41,813 bases of DNA from Octopus bimaculoides (taxonomy: Eukaryota): the NCBI RefSeq assembly GCF_001194135.2, contig NC_068997.1, forward strand, positions 38,384,573-38,426,385. The letters run 5' to 3'. A program made the position numbers and the translations under genes. Positions 22,325 to 33,035 of this stretch are shown here, one piece after another. The notes below the pieces were generated by a model. It saw only the letters and a list, made by a program, of their open reading frames with translations, searched no databases and was not told where the DNA came from. Within the stretch, counting starts at the first letter, position 1. Every line of letters starts with the position of its first letter.

Positions 22325-22343
22325 CATCATCATCCCTATAACA
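22271..22343 (-). repeat. (TAT)n-(CAT)n plus outer terminus of the 5' LTR
   Basis: Ends CCCTATAACA, matching the GCCATAACA end of the 17644-17842 LTR after its ATT repeat. Confidence 0.75.
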
Positions 22344-22344
22344 G

Positions 22345-22980
22345 ATGCATATCTTAACATAAAACAGATTACTTTAGGAAGTTTAAACCGCTTAAGAGAT
22401 TTCATGGAATAATTCCTCAAGTTTAATTGCCGAAAAATCTGTTTCGGGTTTTGGTCTTCGTCAGAGATTGAAGGAGAGAGAATTAGAGAAGGTGAGGTCA
22501 TATGCAAATAAGAAAATAAATAATGCAATTATTGAAGGGAAGAAGTGATTTAAGTGCGATGTGGAGAGTGGAGAAAGTGATGTTATGAGAGGATCAGCAG
22601 ACTGAAGAAAGAGAAAGAAGCTAGTGTTGTGGAGGAAAACTATAAAAGACCAATACCACAAGAATGGCAGACAGAAGGGTGTTCAGGTAGAGAGGAGACA
22701 GAGTAAGAAAGATAAATAAAGAGAGCGATAAAGATCAACAACATCTCAAAACTATTTTTAAAATGAAGGGTTTCATAGAATTTTTGATTTAAAGAAATAT
22801 GGAAAGTGAGGCAGCCAGAAAGAAATGGTGTGAGCCGACTGCAAGACTAAGCATCAGAAAGAAAGTTAGAAATTGAAAATAGCAAGGAAGAAGAACAGGA
22901 ATCTCAAATGAGGCAAGGTTTGCACCAAAAGCTATAGATAGAACACTCAAAAATTTCCTAAATTTCGGATTTTGAACAGT
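22345..22980 (-). mobile_element. Possible very old L2/CR1 LINE 3' fragment
   Basis: Weak minus-strand similarity (DPLITSL.PL.HR) to the L2 C-terminal PLSHRR motif. Confidence 0.3.
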
Positions 22981-23069
22981 TGTAGCAAACATGCGTTCAT
23001 AAATTTAATGGCACAAATACACATACTTGTGTACAGACATTGTCACAAATACAGTTACATAGAATATAT

Positions 23070-23281
23070 TGATTCCAAGTTTTGGCCCAAGGCCAGCAAA
23101 TTTGGAGGAAGGGTAAGTCGATTAAATCGATCACAATACTTAACTGGTACTTATTCCATCAACTGTGAAAAGAAGAAAGGCAAAGTCGACTTTGGTGGAA
23201 TTTGAACTCAATATAAACACGAATGAAATGCCAGGAAGCATCTAGCCCGGTGTGCTAATGACTCTGCCAGCTCTCCGCTTT
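23070..23281 (-). mobile_element. SINE family B with 17-bp TSD
   Basis: Family B sequence flanked by AGTTACATAGAATATAT at 23053-23069 and 23282-23298. Confidence 0.93.
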
Positions 23282-24229
23282 AGTTACATAGAATATATAC
23301 ACACATACAACATGGGGCAAAAGCACAAGATGAACATGAGATTCCTTATATTTATAGGTTTCATTTGAGCGACTATTGAAGATCTGCTGCAGAAAATACC
23401 CTCTTAAACTACCTCTCCTTTCTCTTCCATTCTCTCGCGTTACTCTTTCACTTTGATTCATTCATCGTTCACTTGCTGATAACCCTAACCAGCAACACGA
23501 TTCACTCTATCTTTCTCAATCTTCATTCTTTGCAACGAGTAGCTTTACCGAACTCTTTCACGAACTTTCTTATGGACTAATTATTGCCTACGCAGGCTAT
23601 CACTAGTTTCCAAGAATCTTGGATTTCACCCCAATTAACTTCAGTTTAATTTAGCATATGCATAAGATAAAACAGGATTTTAATTGGTTACTGCATGCTA
23701 AGTTAAAGTTATTACGTCTCTGTTCTTGATTCAAATATAATAAAATGTAACAAACAATTTACACGTTATCTAAGACTTTTTTTTAGTTCTTAGACCTTTT
23801 TTATGAGATTCGACTTAAGGTGAACAAAATTTTATTCCAGCTAATTTAATTGAACTCTTCTTCAAAGTAATCCAAAAGCAGAATTTTTCTTGAAGCCTTT
23901 TCATTGTCCAGCTCCGTCTCGTCTTTTTACTTAGCTGAGCTTAATTGAAATTTCAGTGTAACAGGCGAACGTAATCCACTTATCTGCTATCTATTGCTCT
24001 CCAATATATTCAGAAACTCCTGTTTGCAGACGTTGCAGTAACATCTATATTTATTTATTTATCTATCTATCTGTTTATTTATTCAGTTATTTATTTATTA
24101 TTTCAAAGTTTAGCTTCTTCGAAAGAATAAGAAAGCAATACAGAGAGGTAAGAATATCATATTACGCATCCCGCTTTTTGGTTATTTTATAAATTTGATT
24201 GAACTGTAAATATAAACAAACATATGCAC

Positions 24230-24230
24230 T

Positions 24231-24309
<79 letters not shown>

Positions 24310-24357
24310 AGGTGGTGGTGTTGCTGTTGTTGTTGCTGTTGTTGTTGTTGCTGCTGC

Positions 24358-24403
<46 letters not shown>

Positions 24404-24485
24404 GGTGGTGGTGATAATAATAAGAACAATAATAATGTTAATGATAATGGTTTCAAATTTTGCCACAAGGGCTGCGATTTTGTGG

Positions 24486-24525
<40 letters not shown>
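24230..24525. repeat. Compound trinucleotide block (AGT)n-(GTT/GCT)n-(GGT)n-(AAT)n with a 45-bp SINE-B tail remnant
   Basis: Direct reading; GGTTTCAAATTTTGCCACAAGG at about 24449-24470 matches SINE-B tails. Confidence 0.92.
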
Positions 24526-25521
24526 GTATAAGGCTACTGGCTGCAGAAATTTACACAGATGCATGAAAGGATCGCTGCACAACTGGATGAACGGCCTACA
24601 GCATGGTCATATCCCTACCTTGATGACAGGTAGACGAACGCTGTCATGTCTCAAGGATCACTTGAAAGTTAACGTGGCATCATATTTTCGACCGGTTTAC
24701 AACTTATGTGGAAGCTTATGACCGGTGTTTTGGCGGAAAAGCTATATAACCGTCTACAAAGTAACAATCTACTTCCAGAAGAACAGAAGGGATGCAAGAA
24801 ACAAAAGTAGAGCAACAAAAGCCACTTATTTGTCGATAAAATGATAATTAGAAATTGTAGACGCAGATTGACGGGACTAAATATGGCATGGTTAGATTAC
24901 AAAGCATATGACATGGTACCACACAGTTGGATAAGTAAAAACAATGAGCATGTTTGGAGAGGCAGAAAATATGGGGGAAATGTTAATGAAAGTATGAAAC
25001 ATTGGAATGCTGAATTGATTGGAGGAAAACAAAAATCAGACGTGGAATATTTCAATGTGATAGCTTATCTCTTTTACTATTTGTACTGGCCATGATACCA
25101 TTCAGTTTGATATTGCGATAGTTAAAATAGCTTACGATTTGGGAAAAGGATATGGTCAGATAAATAATCTCCTTTTTATTGATGATATAAAGATTATGTG
25201 GAAAATGAGAAACAGCTTGAAAGTTTTGTACGTACTGTTCGCATTTTCTCAAATGATGTAGGTATGGAATTTAAGATCGAAAAGTGCGCTATGTTGAAAA
25301 TCAAGCGAAGAAGGTTTGAAGGAAGCCAAAATATTAAAATACTGAATGGGTAAACAATGAAAGCGGTTGAGAAAGCACAGTGGTATTTGGGAATACTGGA
25401 AGCAGGTGAAATAAAACATGAAGAAATGAAACAAATTACCAGTAGAGAGGATACAAGGAGAGTAACAAAATTGTTGCAGAATGTCCCAGGTTGGCACAGG
25501 AAGAATATATGAAACTAGTGG

Positions 25522-25773
25522 NNNNNNNNNNNNNNNNNNNNNNNNNNNNNNNNNNNNNNNNNNNNNNNNNNNNNNNNNNNNNNNNNNNNNNNNNNNNNNN
25601 NNNNNNNNNNNNNNNNNNNNNNNNNNNNNNNNNNNNNNNNNNNNNNNNNNNNNNNNNNNNNNNNNNNNNNNNNNNNNNNNNNNNNNNNNNNNNNNNNNNN
25701 NNNNNNNNNNNNNNNNNNNNNNNNNNNNNNNNNNNNNNNNNNNNNNNNNNNNNNNNNNNNNNNNNNNNNNNNN
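25522..25773. other. Assembly gap flanked by an exact 101-bp duplication
   Basis: 25421-25521 is identical to 25774-25874. Confidence 0.97.
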
Positions 25774-25865
25774 AAGAAATGAAACAAATTACCAGTAGAG
25801 AGGATACAAGGAGAGTAACAAAATTGTTGCAGAATGTCCCAGGTTGGCACAGGAAGAATATATGA

Positions 25866-26915
25866 AACTAGTGGGACCCGTAGGAATTCCACAGGATGAA
25901 AAAGATTAAGAAAAGTTATTTAAGAAAGAAAGGATGATTTGCTTTTTATTCTTATTTTGCTGAGTAATTTCACTTCCAGTCACAATAATATATTACATGA
26001 TTTTAAAACTTCCCTCTGCTGAGCACTTTATATCTCTCTCTTTCTCTCTACCGCTTCAACAAATCTTTCAGCCATGTAATTCCCTTCTTCGTGCCTTTAA
26101 CATTTGTCTTTTTCACTTCACCTCTCACTTCCCCTAACCACATGAGTGATAGCATAATGCATCGACTGGCTGTCTACTCTCTTACTCACTCTCACATTCC
26201 CTTTTCCTCTCACTCACTCCACCTCCTCTCTAACAAACTCAAGCGTAAATTGTGAACAAACAGGTTGAAGAATGATATAGATTTAGTTCAATAAAAAAAC
26301 TTTTTACTATCAACACACCCCGACCACCATCATCATCATCATTATCATCACAAGAGTTTTCCGTGACAAAGATCATTTCAGTTCAGTTCAGCTGTTTGCT
26401 TATATCTTTTTCTTCCTCTACTCTGACAATACAAACGCTATCTACCTCTCTCGCTCCCGTTATCTACTCCTCCCTCTCTTTCTCTCTCACTCACTCGCTC
26501 ACTCTCTCTCTTTCTCTCTCAATGTAACTGTCTTCCCTGCTATCTCTCTCTATCTGCCTTTCTTTGATCTCACCACCAGAGCATCACCCTCTACTGAATA
26601 TTGTATCCTAAACATATCTCTTTTTATTTACCTTTCTCTTCCCACGCTACAGCACGTCGTTAACACTTCTCTCTCCCTTTGTTCTTTTTCCCTCTCTTCT
26701 CTCGTCGTTTTTTCTCTCGTCCTTCTTCTCTCCCTTCATCTAATCACGGGATGCATTTGGCCTTATACATCTTCTATTTCTCCCTTACTTCTTTCTCTCT
26801 ACTCACATTCCTACCCCCTCTCTCTCTCTCATTCACTCCACCTCTCACTCACTCCACCTCCACCTCTCTAACTAACTGAAGTATAACGAGTGAACGAACA
26901 AGCAGATTATAATGC
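25866..26915 (+). mobile_element. CT-rich non-autonomous insert(s), possibly Helitron/HINE-like, two related copies
   Basis: Starts ACTAG followed by near-palindrome CCCGT(A)GGAATTCCAC(A)GG. Two related end modules CTCACTCACTCCACCTCC..CTCTCTAAC.AACT.AAG...GTGAAC.AACA at about 26210-26281 and 26845-26915; the first ends ATAGAT. Confidence 0.45.
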
Positions 26916-27520
26916 AATATAAATGGTGGCTCGACTATGTAGTAAAAGTTTTAGACAGGAAGCTTTACAAGAAATGAGGATTTGAAGCTGGAGACACATG
27001 GTATGAACATCGGGTCGAAAGAGTGCTGGAATCGGACGATTGTAAGATTCTGTGGGACTTTCCTATTCAAACGGACAAGAAGTTAGAAAATAATAGACAA
27101 GGAAGAGCGACGTTGCCTACTAATTGATCCATCATGACCGTTTGATTCCAGGATCGTAAAGAAAGAAGACGAAAAGCGAAAACAGAAACTCTTTAAAATT
27201 TAAAATTGCTAGAATTTGGAATATGAAAATTGTAACGGTTGTGCCTATAATAATTGGTGCATTGGGAACTGTTACCAAAGATATAGACAAATGGTTGATG
27301 GAGATTGGAATAGAATGCTCTGTAGAACTTCTACAGAAAGTTTGTCTCTTAGAGACAGGAAAGATTATCAGGTGGGTCTTAAGCGCTTGAAAAACTATTG
27401 ACAGATAGTGGATACCTAAGGTTACAGGTAGTAACCCGCTACCCACATAAATTCTACCAGGAATAAGAACGAACCTGAGTCAAATCAATGATAATAATAA
27501 CATTAATAATAACAATAAGG

Positions 27521-27565
<45 letters not shown>

Positions 27566-27724
27566 TAGTAACTTCAACGGCAACCAATGAAAGTAGGGAA
27601 AAAATATTGGCAGCAATAGCTGTAGAGCAAAGCCATTACTTATAAAGTTAGACTCAGCGAGTGGCATGTTTTTCACGTTTAAAATAAATCATTTTCTTAT
27701 AAAGCATGAAAAATAATACAAAGA

Positions 27725-27799
27725 TAAACGTGTGTGTGTGTGTTCGTGCGTGTGTGCGTGCATGCACGTGTAAGTTTGTACATGTGCGTACACACACAC

Positions 27800-27838
<39 letters not shown>
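27725..27838. repeat. (GT)n/(CA)n/(TA)n compound microsatellite
   Basis: Direct reading. Confidence 0.93.
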
Positions 27839-28479
27839 CTTTATTCCTATGGACAATAAATCTCCAAAATGAGATTTAAATAACAAAGTATTGAATTGCG
27901 TCTTAAATTTCAGAAAATTCCGATATATTTTCCTCTTCCGCTTAAATTGTGATCACTTTCTTTCCTTGAACTATATTTTCCAGACGTTTACTTAAACTCT
28001 TAATAACATAACCAAGTTCTTCAGTGGTTATGAGTACTAAGTGAATTTATTATCTGGAAAAAGAAGTTGTAGATATTGAAGCAATTGATCATTCACATTG
28101 TTTTGATTAATTTTAAAGCAAACGTTCACATCCGCTGTGTAGGTGATCTCCATAAAATATTTAGTTTATTGTTTCTGTCATAAACAAGTATATGAGATTG
28201 ATCGTGTTTGCATTTAGTGGAAGATTTTTATGAGAATATTTCACTAATATTTCTTATGCTAGAATGTACATATATTCTCAACATCAGACGTAAGAAGTTC
28301 TTGCTACGGATAGCATTGCCTATTGAAACAACAAAAACGTCATGCCGTATAGGTAGTTAATATATAGATTGATTGTATCATAGGAAGGAAGGTAATATAC
28401 TGATGACATTTAGCAGCAGTTGCTAATCGCATCTGTAATGTCTTCTACAGCTGTGTCATAATCAACATTTTCGGCTTTC

Positions 28480-28690
28480 ACCGTCTCTTTTGTTCTGCAA
28501 GTTTAACATGTAGAAATCTCTTGTTCTTTGAAAACGTTTCAGTCGTTATCACTATTTCTGTGGATGGATGCTTCCAGTTGATGTCAGGATCTTGTGAATT
28601 TCAATTTCCACGGAATGGATTTTCCCAATAGTGCAGTTAAATATCTTAACTGTTGTTGCCAGTACTGGTACTGCAAAAGTATTACGAGAT
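28480..28690 (-). mobile_element. R4/Dong-like LINE post-RT fragment
   Basis: Minus-strand RNTFAVPVLATTVKIFNCTI..I..VEIEIHKILTSTGSIHP matches NTFAVPVL...DW...I..ID.KTRK.L...G..HP. Confidence 0.75.
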
Positions 28691-29055
28691 GTTTTCTTGT
28701 AAGGTGAAAACTCCAACTGTGCAATCTAGTGGTACTATCCTTTGGTTACTTTAACTTTATTTAAAGCACTTTCATATGATACATTTTTGTGCCAATACCT
28801 AAATATTTGTAGCATTTGCTGCACAGAAAAGGAGATAGAGAATGTCAATATAAATGATTTTCGTTTAGGGAGTGTTTATTTTTTCACGTTCAACTATAAA
28901 ATATTCCTGCAACCAAAGCCCATCTCAGTATTAGCTGAGAATGTTATTTAATCCAACTGTGACTCGGCATTTTATGTTTCCAGTGTAGATTTGAAGATCA
29001 TCGACAAAGAAATTATGGGTTAAATATATGTTTCTTGCTGTTGTAGAGCCTAGCC

Positions 29056-29322
29056 CAGTAGTTCCCAAATTTTTTCATGCTGCTACCCGTTTGCCACTCA
29101 GGCCACAAACACAGACCACTTTCTGTAACAAATTCAATTCAACTGTATCTCACAAATAAAACTTATCCTAATTAACCCATTATTTTGTTGTTTTTCCACC
29201 TGCGCCTGCACCGCCCCTCCTCCCTTGGCAACCCCATTATTACCACACTTCATTAAATGAAGTGTGGTAATATGTTTTCCACTGTCCCCTGGGAGCAGTA
29301 CTTCCCACTTGGGGAACCACTG
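29056..29322. mobile_element. hAT (Charlie-like) MITE, 267 bp
   Basis: TIRs CAGTAGTTCCCAA and reverse complement CAGTGGTTCCCCA (11/13 match); 8-bp flanks GCCTAGCC and ACCTAGCG (6/8, CTAG core typical of Charlie TSDs). Confidence 0.9.
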
Positions 29323-29371
29323 ACCTAGCGTATAACCACAATGGTATGTGTAAAAGAAATGATAGTGAATT

Positions 29372-29434
<63 letters not shown>

Positions 29435-30000
29435 AAAGAGAAGACCGCGTCTGTGGGGCCTAAGGCTGCATCGTGTTTGTGAGGGAATTTCTGAAGAGCC
29501 ATTATTCTAAGATGCAAGGGCTGTAATGGTAGTTTGTGCGGGAAATGCGGTTGGACACGACATCGATGACGAGAGGATTACTGAGATTAGAATATCTGCG
29601 TGAAAGTAAAACATCTGACCAGTCAGCTGCAAGAAGCAATCAGTCGAGCGACTTTTCTATGGATGTTGTCTAGGATGTGCAATAGAACAGTCCAAGATGT
29701 AGAAGTAATACTCCAATGTAGGCGCCATCCGAGCTTTGTGGAGTATCAGCAAGTGTTGGGGCCTAAGGAATTTTTCTATCATTGGAGAGTATATCCAACC
29801 TTTGAAATGTGGTCTTAGCTACGTAAAAGATGGGCGTTCTGCTTGAAAGTTCACCGATGATAGTGATACGTAACATTAAGAGCAATCGCGAGGGCTTCAA
29901 TTACGTATTATCTATATTTAAGAGTGTGAGATATGGTTATATTCTCTCTGTACGAGCAATGCTTGCGTCAATAATTTCTGTTGAATAAGAAAAATATGGT
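29372..30000 (-). mobile_element. L2/CR1-type LINE 3' fragment with (ACT)n tail
   Basis: Minus-strand QHLLILHKARMAPTLEY...ILDNIHRKVARLI matches ...LLILYKA.I.P.LEYCSHIW...LD.IQRKA.RLI; 21 TAG units at 29372-29434 abut the 3' end. Confidence 0.75.
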
Positions 30001-30049
30001 ATGATCTATTGGTACACTTTCAAGATTAAACGTCATATTCTTTGCATCT

Positions 30050-30800
30050 GCCAACTAATCAGTCGCTACCTTGTTGGGTGTGCAATGGTCCTAGAGTAAA
30101 GAATTTAAACATGCATAATGTTTAGATTAAGTTTCTCCAAAATCAATGTATTCTTTCTTCGTTACAAGGTTTTCCCGTGACATGGGAATATGTGAATCCA
30201 GCCTTCTACAGTTCCCGTGATATGGGAATATGTGAATCCAGCCTTCTACAGTTCATTTTGTGGCAGTATCCCACCGTTAGATCTCTTCCTGATGTCTTAT
30301 TACACAGCTTTTTCGCAGATTTAGTAATAGTTTTGGAATCGTTAATCTATGTTGTACTATTGATCATAGTACTATATTTGCTCATGGTACTTTATGGTTG
30401 AAATCCTTCCTTTCAATATAAATATATGATCTTCGTGAGAAAGGATTCTTTTAATAGCTGTTTGTCATCCTCCCTCTTGCGAATTATAAAAAGTAATTAT
30501 GATTCGTTGGTGACGTTTATGTTTACGGAGTTTCTTGCTGAAGGACTTAAGTTCCAGCTTTGAGGTAACTAATTTCTCCACAAGAATGTGAAGTATAAAA
30601 TCTTCGTACACTTTAATCAGCTTTTATATTAAGTTGTAGTTAGTATGTTGTGAATTTAAAGTTTGCTTTACACCATATGTAAATGTTCGATTCTGTGGTA
30701 AAAGGAATATTTTCTAGTTTTATCCACCAGAATTAAGTTATTTGATAACAACTTATGCCGCAAGAATTTCGAAAGCGTTGTCTAGAGTGATATCAGCTGT
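30050..30800 (-). mobile_element. Possible PLE ORF N-terminal region, decayed
   Basis: Minus-strand GFTYSHVTGKPC resembles a motif I recall upstream of PLE RTs; otherwise heavily degraded. Confidence 0.35.
30172..30254. repeat. 40-bp tandem duplication (2 copies, 1 mismatch)
   Basis: TTCCCGTGA(C/T)ATGGGAATATGTGAATCCAGCCTTCTACAG x2. Confidence 0.95.
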
Positions 30801-31488
30801 GTACGAATAGATATTGGTAATCAAACACGTAGTGTCACATTTTCATATTGTTTCTAGATCGTTGTTAGTTCTTAGAATTAAAGTGGTTGAGTTTTTTTTC
30901 CCCGATTTTCGTCAAAATCGGTCTGTTTGCCTATTGACAATTTCAACAATTTGGAAAAATCCTCTTCAAATAACAACTGTAAATTATATTTATAAGTTAT
31001 AGGCATTACGGATTTATTTTATCAGAAGCACAAGTGGTGGCGATGAATTCAATGGCCCGTTTATTAGATTTATTGCTCTCTATTGTGGCAGATTTGGGCG
31101 TAACTTAGGTATCTTTCAGAAAATTGACTGATTTTATAACAACCGAAATAAAAATTATTTTCTGTGGTATATATAATAATGACAATGGATGATCACTGTC
31201 GCTCAAACTACTTTGCTGAGAACAGCTTTAAATTTGAGTGGTTTTCATCCCAATAAATTTTTAATGGCTTCATACTGCTGATGGGATTTTTACAGACTTT
31301 TTCAAAAGAGATATATTTTGATTTAAATGAAAAAAATATATAAAATTGACAGAATACTTTATTCATTTTAGATGGGATATAGAGATGGTAGTATTATTGA
31401 TATTCTTTGTATTGTTGGTGTTGTTGCTATCAGTATCAGCCATGATCGTCGAAATGAAATACATTTTATATCATGTAGTCTGCGTGCG

Positions 31489-31519
<31 letters not shown>

Positions 31520-32720
31520 GGTGTGTATATATTATGGAAAGCCGCTACACTGGGTTAAGTATTGTCTGGTAAGCAGAACTCAGCATGTTGTAATCGACGC
31601 AATCCACTCAAGCCCAACAAAGCTCGCCATTTATATCCCCGTAGGTATTGATTTGGGTCCACTTCTCTTCATTGTACAAGAACACGTTACAAATAGCATG
31701 CAACACTGCAAAACAGAATTGCTCACTAACGACTTTAAGCTACTGAAAGTTACCAATGATTGATTAAAACTCCAATCTGATCTACATGCTGTAAGCCAAT
31801 GGGCGGAATAAAAAATCTGAACTCATATACTTTGAAGAGGGACAATCGCTTTGACATCAGTCAGTATCAGAGAGCTCGAAAAGGCGACGAGCTAGTAGAA
31901 TCGTTAGCATACCGGACAAAATGCATAGAAGCATTTCGTCCATCTTTACATTATGAGTTCAAATTCTGCCGAGTCGAGTTTGGCTTTCATCCTTTAGTAC
32001 TCGACAAAATAAATACCAGTTGAACACTGGGTCGATGTAATCGACTTACCCACTCCCCAAACTTTCTGGCCTTGTAGAAACATTTGAAACTAATATCAGA
32101 GACCTTGGTGCAATTGTTAATTACAACCTCTGCTGGAGAGCTAGCATCAACAATTAAGTTACAATGAGCTCTTGGATACTCAAAACTAACTGGTGTCGAG
32201 AGTCAAAATGTCATCGTTCTTCTTTTCTCTTCTTTTGTACGGTTACACTTTGAATTCTGTTCCCTCCTGCAGTTTTCCGTGCTAAACAAAACATTGTGAA
32301 AATTGAGGCTAATTCAGAGAACATTTACAAAAGCAAAACGATAAATGGTATGATAGGCTTGTTTTATTGGGAACGTCATAAAACACGCAAACTTCATTCT
32401 TTTCAACGCTGTCTTGAACGCTGTAATATTTGTGCAATGTAGAAAATATACCAACATATCCCAAATGCTTTTAACATAGAAGTTTTAAAATCACCCAAAA
32501 TTGGGACCTTGTGCCATACGCCCCCAACAGATTCACAGCACATATTGCAACACAACTATTTTGCCTCAACTGGCCCTAGGAAGAAAACCTTAAACAGTAC
32601 CTGGATGAATTCTTCCAAAGAATACCAGACAAACCTGACTAGATTTCAGTCAACAACAAATAATTCGTTACTTCAGTGGGCTATGATGACACAAAACATA
32701 ATGGATTTTACCAGGTGGTA
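31520..32720 (+). mobile_element. CR1 LINE RT to 3' end, interrupted by a SINE
   Basis: GKPLHWVK...RTQHVVID..HSSP...P.GIDLGPLLFI...DFKLLK...LQSDLHAV.QWAE; after the SINE: IRDLG...FVRLHFEFCS...NYFASTGPR...YLDEFFQRIPDKP. Confidence 0.85.
31874..32093 (+). mobile_element. SINE family B with 9-bp TSD, nested in CR1
   Basis: Head AAGGCGACGAGCTAGTAGAATCGTTAGCA...GAGTTCAAATTC (B-box); TATCAGAGA at 31865-31873 and 32094-32102. Confidence 0.92.
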
Positions 32721-32737
32721 TTATTAAGTCAGACATA

Positions 32738-32945
32738 TTGATTTCAAATTTTTGCACGAGGCCAGCGAGTTCGAGAAAGAGGATAAGTCGATTACTCGAC
32801 TGGTACTTATTTTATACACCCCCGAAAGGACAGGATAAAAGGTAAATTCGACCTTGGCAGAATTTGAACTAAAATCATAAAGACGGACGAAATGCTGCTA
32901 AGCATTATGCTCGGCATGCTAAGGATTCTTTCCATTCACCGCCTT
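32738..32945 (-). mobile_element. SINE family B
   Basis: Full-length match to family B on the minus strand. Confidence 0.9.
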
Positions 32946-32984
32946 AAAATGAGACATAGTATTCACCGAAAAATACCTAAGTTT

Positions 32985-32986
32985 TG

Positions 32987-33035
<49 letters not shown>

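Larger units (their letters stand above)
17644..22343 (-). mobile_element. Ty3/Gypsy LTR retrotransposon, internally deleted, 5' LTR interrupted by a LINE
   Basis: Two related LTRs starting TGTTATAA (17644 and 20573) and ending ATAACA (17842 and 22343). PPT-like AAAAGGTGAGA abuts the 3' LTR on the minus strand. gag, protease, RT N-terminus and integrase are in order on the minus strand. Confidence 0.92.
24526..27563 (+). mobile_element. Dong/R4-clade LINE, 5'-truncated, internally deleted and interrupted, (AAT)n at both ends
   Basis: GYWLQKFT.MHERI...[10 protein letters not shown]...AWLDY.KAYDMVPHSWI, RT motifs to YLGILE, ECPRLAQEEY; resumes at about 26920 with DYV.KV...WYEH..ERVLESDDCKILWDFPIQTDK...LIDPS.PFD...PIIIGALG...LQKVCLL.TGKIIR.VL, then a 3' UTR and (AAT)n tail. 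Confidence 0.9.

Noticed and set aside
20811-22528. Long ORFs of 310-532 aa, and other ORFs over N runs at 7920-8609, 25481-25892 and 39912-40255
   Set aside because: Length is inflated by N gaps; only the LINE-derived flanks are real coding-like sequence.
23480-23490. TAACCCTAACC telomere-like motif
   Set aside because: Fewer than two full units; expected by chance.
23400-23640. Possible L2 3' end on the plus strand
   Set aside because: Similarity too weak to support a call.
25421-25874. Exact 101-bp direct repeat on either side of an N gap
   Set aside because: 100% identity ending and starting exactly at the gap edges indicates unmerged overlapping contig ends, an assembly artefact; the true sequence is probably single-copy.
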